Assembly (NCBI GenBank): GCA_036785375.1 | Contig: JAWMAR010000202.1 | Location: forward strand, 3,596,001-3,660,000 | Direction: 5' to 3' | Length of the DNA stretch: 64,000 nt | Source: Leucoraja ocellata | Lineage: Eukaryota | Shown: in pieces, positions 1-11,927 of the stretch | How the letters are laid out: each line of letters opens with the position of its first letter | Numbering within the stretch: the first letter of the stretch is position 1 | Made by a program: the position numbers and the translations under genes | The notes under the pieces: model-generated | What the model was told of the DNA's origin: nothing | Seen by the model: the letters and a program-made list of their open reading frames with translations, nothing else | Databases searched by the model: none

Positions 1-200
1 GATTTATGCTTGGAGATTGTAGGAAGGGTACATTTCCTCAGTATTCACCAAGACGAAGAGAGGATAGTGAGATCAGTGTGGAGGTATATTAATATGCCAA
101 GACATTTTGAAATTATGAAGGTGGTGTTGGGGCTTTTCTAGAGCATTCAGGTGGATAAATCCCCTGGACCTGATGGGATCTATCCCACATTATTGAGAAA
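1..200 (+). mobile_element. Degenerate CR1 LINE ORF2 fragment
   Basis: Encodes a ..VDKSPGPDGIYP..L motif like ADKSPGPDRLHPRVL in the full CR1 at 21364-25700. Confidence 0.7.
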
Positions 201-203
201 GGC

Positions 204-445
204 AGCATTGGGGAGGTAATGGATAGGTGATGTTTGGGTCAGGCCCTTCTTCATCCAGGCAGCATCCCGCTAAGCCTATTCTGCACCCTCTCCGAAGCTG
301 CCACATCCAGCCTGTAATCAGTCTGACGAACAGTCCCGAATCAAACTGTTACCTGTCCATTCCCTCCACAGATGCTGCCTGACCCACTGAGTTACTCAAG
401 GACCTTGTTTTGCTCGAGATTCCAACATCTGTTGTTCCTCGTTTC
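204..445. mobile_element. Degenerate Penelope-pLTR-like fold-back mini-element
   Basis: Shares gatgctgcctgacccactgagttactc and a decayed ctga.gaa core with other copies in the window. Confidence 0.6.
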
Positions 446-1634
446 TCTGATTAACTGCGATACCCGTTACTGTAGTTTCCCCAGTTTATCAAAGCCAATT
501 GACACGTCATATCTTTGCAGCTTGCTTTATTTAGCATTAAGACTCTGGCTTCAGATTGGACCAAATCACTGCTATATAAAATTCTGTCATAATACCCTCA
601 CTGTTACCGCAAGGCCTCCTAATGACGCTATTAAAACCTTCTCATTTGTAATTGAAATTGAATCAGTTTTATTGAAAATTCAGTTTGCCTGGGCCATACG
701 AAAATGAAAGTCCCTCATAATGATTTCATTACCCTTGTTGCATGCGTCTGTAGTTTCCCAAATGATACTATGCCCTACATCCTTGACTGTTATTTGTCTG
801 ATATACAACTCTCAGCAATATTTTCTGTACCTCGTTCCACCCACACCGATCCCACAATTTACTCAGCTAAGTTTCTGTACTGCCTTTATCCCATTCCTTA
901 AAACCACGGCTATCCCAGCTCTATTTCAATTTTATCCACCTCTTCAGAATATTTAATTCACCATTGTTGGTCAGTTATTTGTATTGTTGTACCAACATTG
1001 TTACATGAATGCAAAGGAAACAACAGTGGAATAGTGCCGAATTTCATCTAACAAACAGAAAAGTACAAACTTCAGAAAGTCTTTCACAGGACCTTTATTG
1101 GATGCAATATCCTCGTTAATGTCACCACAGATCTGCAACTTAAAGCTCCTGAAGTCTCATGAACAGTGTAAAGTAATAAAACACTCATTCCCGTGCTCTG
1201 ATTTGTACAATAAAATCAACTCACTTTCAATCCAATTAGTCACTCTCTCAAGTATCAACAGGTCACTCAATGTACATGGGCTGTCTCACCCTATTCAGCA
1301 ATCTTTCCTCGCACTTACACACCTCTTCATGTTTTAAATTAAAAAAAAACACATTTTCAGCTTATTTATTGGAATTCCAAAAATATGCAAAATTCAGAAG
1401 TCTTGAACTATGTGAAATTAAAAATTCCTATTTTCCAAAAAAAAAACCACTGGGGTAGTATAAAGCAAAACGCTGCCCTCACTTTTTGACGTGGGGTTCA
1501 AAAATTAGAGTTTATTCAAATATTTTAAGAGAGGCTCCTTTATCCAAGCGTAATCTTGATCCATAGATAAACTTCCTCTTCCCATTTACACTCAAACGTA
1601 CACATAAACATGCCAAGAGGCGTTATATAAAAAA

Positions 1635-1835
1635 AGACACAAAGTGTTGCATTTATTCAGCAGGTCAGGCAGCATCCCTGGAGAACGTGGATAAATTATG
1701 TTTCAGGACATGTCCTTTCTTCAGACCCAACCCAAAACATTATCTATTCACGTTCTCCAGGGATGCTGCCTGACTGGCTGTGCCACTTTGAGTTTTTTTT
1801 TCTGTAAACCAACATCTGCAGTTCCTTGTTCCACA
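1635..1835. mobile_element. Penelope-pLTR-like fold-back mini-element
   Basis: Inverted arms gcagcatccctggagaacgtg / cacgttctccagggatgctgc. Confidence 0.7.
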
Positions 1836-3461
1836 CACAGGCATTATCATCTCCCTTGGCAAATCAGTAAAGCATTTATCAGGATTCAACAATTTAAAGA
1901 CTGGACATAAAAAGCTGGTGCAATATAATTTTGTAAAAATGGCACTATATTTCTCTGTCTGTCACTGGATTATTAGAGATGCATTTTTTTTTCTAACTTT
2001 ACACAAGATGCCACCCCAAGTGTTATTGTGAATGTTAAAATGTTCAAAATTACATGAAATACTAGCTACAAAATTGCAAACATGACAATTTTGTTCAATT
2101 AAATCCCATCATAGCCATTAGATTTAGTTATAACATGGTATTCTATTAGAATGTTATTGCGCAATTAAATTTTTGAAAGTGACAATTATTATGAGAATGT
2201 TAATCCCTTGCATCTTGTCATCAACAGCTCAAGAAGAATTATCTTTGCACCAATTTTATTAAAACATCTATATTTTAAAAATTATATTAATAGGCTGTCC
2301 AATTTGGAAACCATTTCTCTCCATCATCCACTATTTAAGTGCAACATCCACCATCAACTAGCTGGTTCGACCCCTGGCTAGATCCAAGGTAGATTTGTTT
2401 TGTTTCTCTCTAGCACACGGAATATGATCCAATACTTTGCACAGGCTTAGCACAAAGGCTTTCCTTGGAGGGGTTGCGGGGGGCTGCCACCCATAACCTC
2501 CAATGAGCAATATACTGTGCATGGAATTTCCTACTAATGCAATGTAAATTGAATATTTCTGTAATTCCTTATGGATTTACATCATTAAAGGCACACAGTA
2601 TCCTTCTGTGAAAGCTGAGATAGCACCAACAACACACACGCACACACCTGTGACATACACAAAAAATAACTCAAAACGCCACACACAGCATGTGTTAACA
2701 GAAAATTACAAAGCTATAGCCTGGCAACTATTTTCCAAAAGGTTTGATTTATTCCCTATAGCTTCCCAGTTAGGTCATAGGCCTTACTAACACACTGCCA
2801 GGCATGCCATTTCAGAAATGTTCCATACAACCCGAGTCTTACAAAGGTCAAGATTTTTTATTCATTCATCGAGTATTGTATTTAAACTTCACCTCTCCCT
2901 CCAATACTGTTTTGTGGTATCTAAACAATTGCTCTGTTAGGATAAGGCCACTTCTGTTCTCCCATAAAAACCCTAGTACAGAACATGTGCAACAGCACCA
3001 GCAGCATAGATAAAAAGGACCACTGCCATCTAAAGAGTTCAAGCTTGATTAGCAATGTATAAAAATAGCAACAGCAAAAAAAAAGGGGAAAGAAACAAAA
3101 ACAACAATAGCACACAGCTCTCATACTATTGGCTCATTGCCAGTTCGTGTACAGCAAGTTCGAAGTACAAGAAGAACTTTATAAATCAAAGACCAAATTT
3201 GAAAATCTGTAAGTGCCATTAGCATTACAAATGAGATTAAAATGGAGTTTTCTTTTGCTCGGTGATCACAAGCTCCAACAGTCATGCACTTGGATTGGTT
3301 TATTGATGCTCGAGCTCCTCATCACGTTGTGGTCGGTCTGTCAGCAGCGGAGAAACATAATTGTTCTCATTGTTACAGAACACATTTCTCTCTCTACCTC
3401 TTCAACAGTTCCACTATTTATCGACTCTTCCCCCAACTGTTGGAGGCCGCATTGATGAACG

Positions 3462-3525
3462 TCACCGGAACTCATAGATCGGAGTGCTGTGTTCAGGTAC
3501 ATGTGTCAGATTTAAAGACTGATAC
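3462..3525 (-). CDS. GID4: GID4 coding exon 6 (last): (W)YQSLNLTHVPEHSTPIYEFR*
   Basis: Acceptor ttttctag, phase fits exon 5, TGA at 3464-3462; matches the vertebrate GID4 C-terminus. Confidence 0.96.
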
Positions 3526-4444
3526 CTAGAAAATAAAAGCAATAATCAGAAAACTCTATCAAATCTACACACATACAATGAAAATAATTATTTTTAGAGT
3601 GCAGGAATACACAGGGGGAAACTATCTGCTAGAGGGCTTGCTTATCATCTTGTAAGTGACAGCAGATTGAAAAGTAGTGCACTCAAATATGTTCAACCTC
3701 AAACTTTTCAGGCGATTACTTGTATTTTGACAGTAAAGTACTTCAAACAACTAATATAACATTAGTTCACATTTAACATTTTATTTTTACCAATTAATTT
3801 TAAGTGAAACAGTTTGTGGCATGTTTAAATATGTACAACTATATAATGATATTTTACAATGGTGAAGTATTTATTGTTTAAGAATAATTCAGAAATTAAG
3901 ATTTAAAATCACGACAAAACCACAGCTACAAGGAACAGATAAAGACAAACTACATTGTTAATCCAGATACGATCCATCTGCAAATAACAATAAATCATTC
4001 ATAATTTTCTTTTTGTGCATAACATGGGAAAAAATATTCCACTGCAATAAATAAGAAACATTGGAGTATATGAATAATGAAGCCATGCTCCTTAATCAAG
4101 TGTTGGGAGGATTTTAAAACTCAAAGGGCAGCCAAGAAAAGAGAGGCAAAACCATTACAAAAGCCAAATCTAGCTAAATGTGTAAAAGATTCACAAAAAG
4201 CACGAGGACCGAGTTAAAAAGTAAGAATCATGGGTTTTGGAACATTGTTTAGCAAATACCTTTCAGCTATTAGCCTAGTTTAGTTAGGGTAAAGTGACCT
4301 TTCTCATATTACAGGAAGTTGACAATTGATGTTATATAGTTGTCAGCCCTGGGTCTTCAGCTTTTCATCCCATACTAAAATATCCAGAAGAAAGAGCACT
4401 TTCTAAGTGACACCTAGTATAGTAGGATGGGAATGTGGATCAGT

Positions 4445-5375
4445 CATACAGTGTAGAAACAGGCCCTTCGGACCAACTTGCCCACACCGGCCAACATGTC
4501 CCAGCTACATTAGTCCCACCTGCCCGTGTTCGGTCCATATCCCTCCAAACCTGTCCTATCCATGTACCTGTTTAACTGTTTCTTAAATGTTGGGATAGTC
4601 CCTGCCTCAACTACCTCCTCTGGCAGCTTGTACCATACACTCATCACCCTTTGTGTGAAAAAGATACCCCTCAAATTCCTATTAAATCTTTTTCGCTTCA
4701 CATTAAAGCCATGTCCTCTGGTCCTCAATTCACCTGCTCTGGGCAAGAGACTGCATCTACCCAATCTATTTCTCTCATGATTTTATACACCTCTATGAGA
4801 TCACCCCTGATCCTCCTGTGCTCCAAGGAAAAGAGTCCCAGCCTACTTAACCTATCCCTATAGCTCAGCCCCTCTAGTCCCGGCAACATTCTTGTAAATC
4901 TTCTCTGTACCCTTTCCAGCGTGTCAACATCTTTCCTATAACATGGTGCCTAGAACTGAACACAATACACTAAATGCTGTCTCACCAACATCTTATACAA
5001 TCTGAACTGCAACATGACCTCCCAACTTCTATACTCAATACTCTGCCTGTTGAAGGCAAATGTGCCGAAAGCTTTCTTGACCACCTTATCTACCTGTGAC
5101 ACCACTTTCAAGGAATCATGCACCTGCACTCCTAGATCCCTCTGCTCTACAATGCTCCCCAGAGCCCTACCATTCCTGCACTCCTAGATCCCTCTGCTCT
5201 ACAATGCTCCCCAGAGCCCTGCCATTCACTGTGTAGGCCCTGTCCAGGTTAGACTTCCCAAAATGCAAACACCTCACATTTCTCTGTATTAAATTCCATC
5301 AACTATTCCTCATCGCACCTGGCCAATTGATCAAGACCCTGCTGTAATGTTTCACAACCATCCTCACTATCTGGT
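4445..5375 (-). mobile_element. 5'-truncated CR1 LINE (3' ~0.9 kb) with an internal ~52-bp tandem duplication (about 5123-5227)
   Basis: ORF 4510-4764 RTRGHGF..FFTQRVMSVWYKLPEEVVEAG is the CR1 ORF2 C-terminus; ctgcactcctagatccctctgctctacaatgctccccagagccct occurs twice. Confidence 0.88.
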
Positions 5376-6341
5376 GGATTAGCCAAGGTTAATTGAGTCA
5401 CCCTTCCCAAAAGCTGCTGTTTGTATTAATTTTTGGCATGTGAATGCATCTCCTACATTTATTGAGAAAATGGCAGTGGGGTGCATTTTGAACTGCTCAG
5501 TTCTTCTGGTGAAGGCCGTCCCACAAAAGTTAGTGCTGTGATGTTCCTAGATTTAGACACAATGTTTAATAAATTATCTGATATCCTTGACCTTGGTAGT
5601 CATCGGTGCTGTTCGAATAACCTAGGAGGCAACAACAGAGCATTCATTATGCAAGTGTTACACTCTGCATTTACCACCAGTATAATCCTGAGAGGATGGT
5701 GGATGAATACCTTCTCAATACAAACATGATGGGCTGAATAATCTCCTTCTGTACAATTCTATGACAGATGGAATTCAAAAGTAACAGTCATCCGTTCTGG
5801 ATTCAAAAAGAGAAACCAGGTTTTACTTTAAGAGGATACTAATATGCGCTGCTGAGGACCAAACCGATTTAAGAAGCTAGGTAAGAATTCTTTAAGTACT
5901 AGTATACAAGTACATAAAGTATTTGAAGAGACTGGGATATATTTGAAATAAATATACTGTTAGTATTAGAAGGGTAATCTACTTGAAATGTTTTAAATTA
6001 AAAAGGATCTTGACAGAATAACTGAGGAAAATCTTTTTAAAAATACTTTACATTATTTTTAAAATATTTTTACAATCCAGAGTGAAATCCATAAAGTCAT
6101 TTTAATACAAGTTTAATTTTCTCCACAAAAGATATAGAAAAAAGGATGAGTAAATAAAATTGGATAAGATCATACACGAGGGAAAATAAGTAATGATGCT
6201 GGCCTAAAGAGCCGAAAGGCTTGGTTGACATCTAATTGATACGCATTATACATTAATGCATAACATAAACCAATAATTTCTGCAATCTGTGCGGAAAATA
6301 TTAAAATCATTTATATCACAATGTTTATAGGTTTCTCTCAC

Positions 6342-6472
6342 CATTCTGAACTCCTGTGGTAGTAATAGCCCTCTATTGAAGCCGTGGATTTTTGGAAGCA
6401 AATGTAATAAAAGCCTGCGAAGGAAGCACCGCTGATATCTTTGATTGTGTGATCAGGGACTAGAAATTGTTC
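6342..6472 (-). CDS. GID4: GID4 coding exon 5: [43 protein letters not shown](W)
   Basis: 131 nt, acceptor ttccatcaacag, donor GTGAGA; GID4/Vid24 signature [11 protein letters not shown]. Confidence 0.97.
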
Positions 6473-9400
6473 CTGTTGATGGAAAAGAAAGAAAAACCTC
6501 GGTACAATACAATTATAGAGTAACCTTTCAAAACACTTTCTAATTTATTCCCAAATACATGAAACCTATTAGGAAATATTATAATTCCAGTCAACTTAAA
6601 TGAATCAAAAAGTCGAATCAACTAAAAAGGCTTGTTTATAAAAGAGGCACAGTATATTTTGTATACGATGCAAAACTAAATATTGAGGAGCCACTTGCAT
6701 AGATTGTATGGTGTAATTAGGTATGCCATGAGGAAAAGTAACTAGCACAGAATATCCACACACAAATCAACGTGATTTCCAACTGTTACAACATTACATA
6801 ACATTTCCCATTTGAAATTAAAGAAAAAGATAAAAGGCTTATAAGAAACTAGATATTTTGATAAATTCATTAGAAACTGTTCAGATACAAGAGGACAAAA
6901 TGCTTGGATATGAGTGTAAAAGCACACAATTACATCCTACATAACTAAAATAAACTCCGAATAATGAATGGATGTATAGCAGCACACTTTGCATCATGGT
7001 TTAATTCCCGCAATTATATATTAGCCCGTGACTGCAGGCATGAAGAAGAAATAACCAACTTTCTTAAAATGTTCGCAATTTAACAGTTTTTTTATAAAGG
7101 TGGAAAAAAAGTGGAGGGCGTGCTAAAATTCCAGAAGCGTTCAATGTGTTCAATTGCTTGCACCCCAACACATCTTCAGGATATCCCAAAGCACTTTGCA
7201 CAAAGAATACTTTTCAAATCCCATTTTTATGTAAACATTTCATGTTGCAGATCCTTTATAAGTTGTTAACTTTGAATCTACTATAGCGATTGTGCTGCAA
7301 AGCAAAGTGGCTGTGAGCTCACGCTCATTCCAGAAACAGCACAAGTGCTTATAGATTAGTGTAGACTAATTAGTTGGAATACATTGTGGAGTATGTGGAG
7401 GAACAGTTTTCCTTCAATCAGCATCCTTTCACATAGCGTTCTGTAGGACTTGCTCTGCACAAATAGATATCCATATTTCCCAATGTTCCAACAGCAACTA
7501 TATTTCAAAAGACAATTCTATTTTCAGAATAACCTTGAGATTGTGAAAAGCACGGTACAAATTCTAGCTTATACAAATCTTGGTTTATCCTGCAGCTGCA
7601 CACTTTACACAAAATTTAGTTTATAGCTTTTATTTGTTATTTTTGCAAACTATAGCCACACCTCTTCCACCCCAACCCCACATTGGTGGCAGAGCTGCCC
7701 CGTCATCATCTGAAGCTCTTCCCACCAATTTTGCAGCTTTTTCACTTTTACAAGCTTTTGCAAATTCTATTTTTTTGACAATCCTGTTAGTTAATTTTCC
7801 TCATGTTTCTGCTCAGATCTATGAAGCACTAAGATGTTATCTGTGCAAGCACACGTTGCCCAATTCAAATATTAAAATTAATCTTTGCATTAAATTCATT
7901 TTCCAATGCTTTTTACATTGTTGAATTCATATTAGTAGAGAATCCCTATGTTAAAGGTGTAACTTTAAATTCATTGGGAGGAGTGAAATTAATGTATTTT
8001 TGAGAGCCTTAAAGAAGCGTCACATTTCAGGCCCCTTTATTTGAAACCACACTGATAATTTGCCAAGATAACCTAGAATAGTTTTCACAACAGGACCACA
8101 TTTCAAACTAGTTGCGCATTTTTATGATCAGTTAAGGTGGCAAGCATGGTCATTTTCAAATAATATTCTTTTCATTATCATGCCTAGCTAACTTATGAGG
8201 AACAAAATAGTCTTCCCAGCTGTAAGTGAAGTAAAATGTCAGATAGAAGTCACCTGCATTACAAAATGGTCTGTTTATTTTGTAACTATTTGAACTGTGA
8301 AAATATTACACAGGAGATCCAATATGAAGACGACCCCACCTAATGAGTATGACCGTTCTGTCAGGAAACCGATCTAAAGTGGGGGGAATTTCCATTAAGC
8401 TATCAAAAAGACTGGCTTTAGCATGGACAAAATCTGAATTATTCACTATATCTTATTCACTTTATCATACTAGTTCCATGATCGATTTCCACTACCACCC
8501 GTTAATCAGTCAACCTAGAGTGGTACACGTATATTTTCTAAAGTTTTTAGTTTCTAAAAAAAAAGAAAAGTATTTCTCTTAGTCTTAAATCTCAATCTCC
8601 TTCTCAATAAATATAATTCATCAAAAGCCATCCTGAATTTCTTTCTTCAGGAGTTTGTTTCACGTGTCCACTGTCCTGGTATAAATGTTATACTTTTATT
8701 TGGACATATTGCAGAAAATACTATGAATAAAAGAATTTCTCCTCTTCGTGTGACTTGTGTTTATAAGGCAACAAGTACAGACTTTTAATTTATACACTTA
8801 CTGTGCTGGCAGCCCTCGCGCACGGAGGATACTTTGAGGTCCTGTGTTTCGAGATCGCAATCATGGAGGGAAGCTGCTGTGCATCAGTTGGTAGAGGCAG
8901 GCAGGCATGGCATCCACGTCGTGGAGCAGATGTAGGCGGGACTAAAAAGAGGTGTTGAGATTTATTTGAGTTGGAGGACCTTTATGGAGCAGTTGCAGTA
9001 GGATGAAGTCAAAACATTAATGAGTTCAGTATCCTGGAAATCCTTGTCAGTTTTAGGCAATTTGTAGAAAATTTTATCTGTTTATGTTGCGATGAAAAAA
9101 GAAAATCAATGTGTTCCTGCACCAACGTTTATTTTCCTTGGTGCATGTGGCAATAGTGGGATAGGTGTGTCCCAGAAGAATGGTTTTGGAGGACTATGCC
9201 TCCTTCCCAATTGAGAAATGCCTTGCCTCTGGATGCCAGCTTGTTCCACTCTCTTTCCACTCCCCTCCTCCTTCCTCCCCATAGTCCAAATACTAATTGT
9301 GGCCCAAATGGAAATGGTGGGATTCATATAAAATTTAATGTAAATTTAAATGTCAGTTTGGTCTCATCTTAATATAGCATCACACCCTGAAAGCAAACAA

Positions 9401-9829
9401 CCTCAGCACAGTGACTAAAAGCAAACTTTGACCTCTTTGACAGATGTTTCCTTGCTAAACTTAATGTTCAAAGGTTTTCATGAACCATTAAAATGGTCAT
9501 CAAAAAGTTACTGTGATAGTTAAGGTATGCTTTTTCTTGCAAAATCTATTTTAAAAAGTTGATCTCGGGGTGTGCCATCAAACGCAAATGGAAAAGACAT
9601 GGAACTGATGAGTATCTTAATTCCCCCCCCCCCCCCCACAATATCCCGTTTCCTTTCACATGTAACATATTAAAGATTGCCCCCCCAAGTCTATGTCCTT
9701 TAATTTACAAAATAACCACCAAGAACTGTCCAAGGATTCCAATACTCCCTTTTATCTGGACTGAAGCACAAAATCTAAACTTCTGCTGCAGCAGAATATT
9801 AAAGGCTTAATATTATACTGTGAGGCACC

Positions 9830-10030
9830 ATCTTTCAGATGAAACATTTAGATCCACTTGAAGGTCTACCACCTCTCCTTTGGTGTTCGAGTCAAAATCC
9901 ACCATCACTAAATCATACATTAATTTCTCTCTTATTGCAAGCACCTCACTGTGTGCAAGTTGCCTGCCATATTTAACTACACATGGCTGATAAGTGCTTT
10001 GGGATATGCAGTGGATGCAAAAAGCGTTAT
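9830..10030 (+). mobile_element. Old DeuSINE (SacSINE1-like) remnant; similar remnants near 7440-7570 and 53105-53280
   Basis: ctgtgtgcaagttgcctgcc...aagtgctttgggat...aaaagcgttat resembles, from memory, the Deu-domain and tail consensus. Confidence 0.45.
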
Positions 10031-11059
10031 TTGGATGCAAATATTTCTTACTTTGCCAGCGTTTAGAAATTATATATTTTATTTTTGATGTGATCCTGGA
10101 TAAACTTCTGTCCGACAGAAGTCTTAACAGATAGAAATTTGATTGCTTTGAGGCTTAGACCTCTCCCCAAGCACGTTTCAAAACAAGCTGTTTTCATTTA
10201 TATTGCAAGGTCATTATGCAAAAGGATTTCATTTCCACTACAGTTCTTTGAATACGGATAGCCTTGCAGTTACTTTACAAAATGAAATATTTGAGAGATT
10301 GCTACAAATTATTAGTTTCTTGTTGAGCTGCTGCGACTTGACAAAACATCAACCAAATAGACTTCGAGCAATTCAGAGTGTAAAAGAAAAGATGAATCCC
10401 ATGAAGCTTGAATTTAAAAATGCAGGGATTCCCGTTTGGAAAACGGAAATCCCCGTTCCTCCAAATCTTGATTTATATTGGATATTATACCGTTATATGT
10501 GAATAGGTTATAACATCTGCCAAGTATATAACCAAGCAATCATTAAAGTACAATATAAAGCCTAAATATCACAAATCAACCAATGATAATGGTTATTCTG
10601 AAAGTTTTCCATATGGGAAGATTCACTGAAAATCTCTCAAGGTTTTATAATGCAGGTTTTTAATTCATATTAAACTACAACTTAATACAAAACCCAGAAA
10701 AGAAATATCAGTCTGAGAGCAAAGCATTTGATCAGTTTCTCATCATTGTAGAACAGGAATCTAAACATCACAGCACAGAACAATTGTTCCCAAGGTATTG
10801 GAAACAGCAAGAGTACTTTCAATATAAAACAAGTCCGTTTTTGATTAGCACAATCATCACAATTCTTGCTTCTTTACAGAAATAATCTGGGTTTGGCTTC
10901 TGGGTTTAGCAGAAAGTTTGACATTTCAATGAGGAATCTAAAAAGTACAGGGGAAAAAAAAAATCATCCTTTCCTGCACCGTACATAGGGCTGCACAAGA
11001 CAGCTCTTCATTATGCTCAGTGAGTAGCAACGTTCCCCAGTTCAAACAACAGTACAAGG

Positions 11060-11927
11060 ACGTGTTCATCCGGTAGGCGGCGCGACTCTCGTCAGCAGCG
11101 GCCTCTGCAGCCCGTCCCCTTTTTATTATTTTTTGTCTATGTTTATATGTAGTTTTTGTTATTTTTTGTTGGGGTGTGTGTGTGGGGGGGGTGGGGGTGG
11201 GGTGGGAGGGAGGGGGCAACTTTTAAATCTCTCCCTGCACTGGAGACCCAACTTTTTCTTGTCGGGTCTCCGTTGTCATTGGGGCTGCAATGAGGAGCGG
11301 CCTCCAACAGAAGAAGCCGGGGACTCTGGTGCCGACTCACCTCACCGTCGCGGAGCTGGCCGAGTCCAGAGCGGGTGGAGCGTGGTGGAGCGCTGCTGCT
11401 GCTGCTGATTCGGAGGCTGCAACTGCGGGTCTGCGGATGGCGGCACAGGGAGCCCGCGGGTCCCTGGAGGGAGGCCGCTTTTCAGGGCTCCTGCAACGGC
11501 GACTTCTCCCGCCCGAGTTGTGGGGTCGAAGAGCTCCTGGAGCGGGGCCTAACATCACTGCCCCGCGCGGCTTGGAATGGCCGCGGGACTCTGCGAGCGC
11601 ACGCCGGGGGGGCTCTAACATCAAGAACCCGGTGTGCGACCTCGCACCACCCGGCGTGGCTTTAATGGCCGCGGGACAATCGCCATCGCCAGCCGGGGGC
11701 TTTGACTTTGACTCTGACATCGGGGGGGGGGGGGGGGGGGAAAGAGTGCAGTGGAGAGATAAGTTTTTTTTGGCCTTCCATCACAGCAATGTGATGGATG
11801 TTTATGTAAAATGTAAATTATGTTGTGTCTGGGGTCTATTTGTTTGTAATGTATGGCTGCAGAAACGGCATTTCGTTTGGACCTCAAGGGGTCCAAATGA
11901 CAATTAAATTGACTCTTGACTCTTGAC
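11060..11927 (+). mobile_element. GC-rich non-autonomous retroposon with a (GACTCTT)n tail
   Basis: Ends ...atgacaattaaattgactcttgactcttgac; same block order as the copies at 48860 and 53770. Confidence 0.7.
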
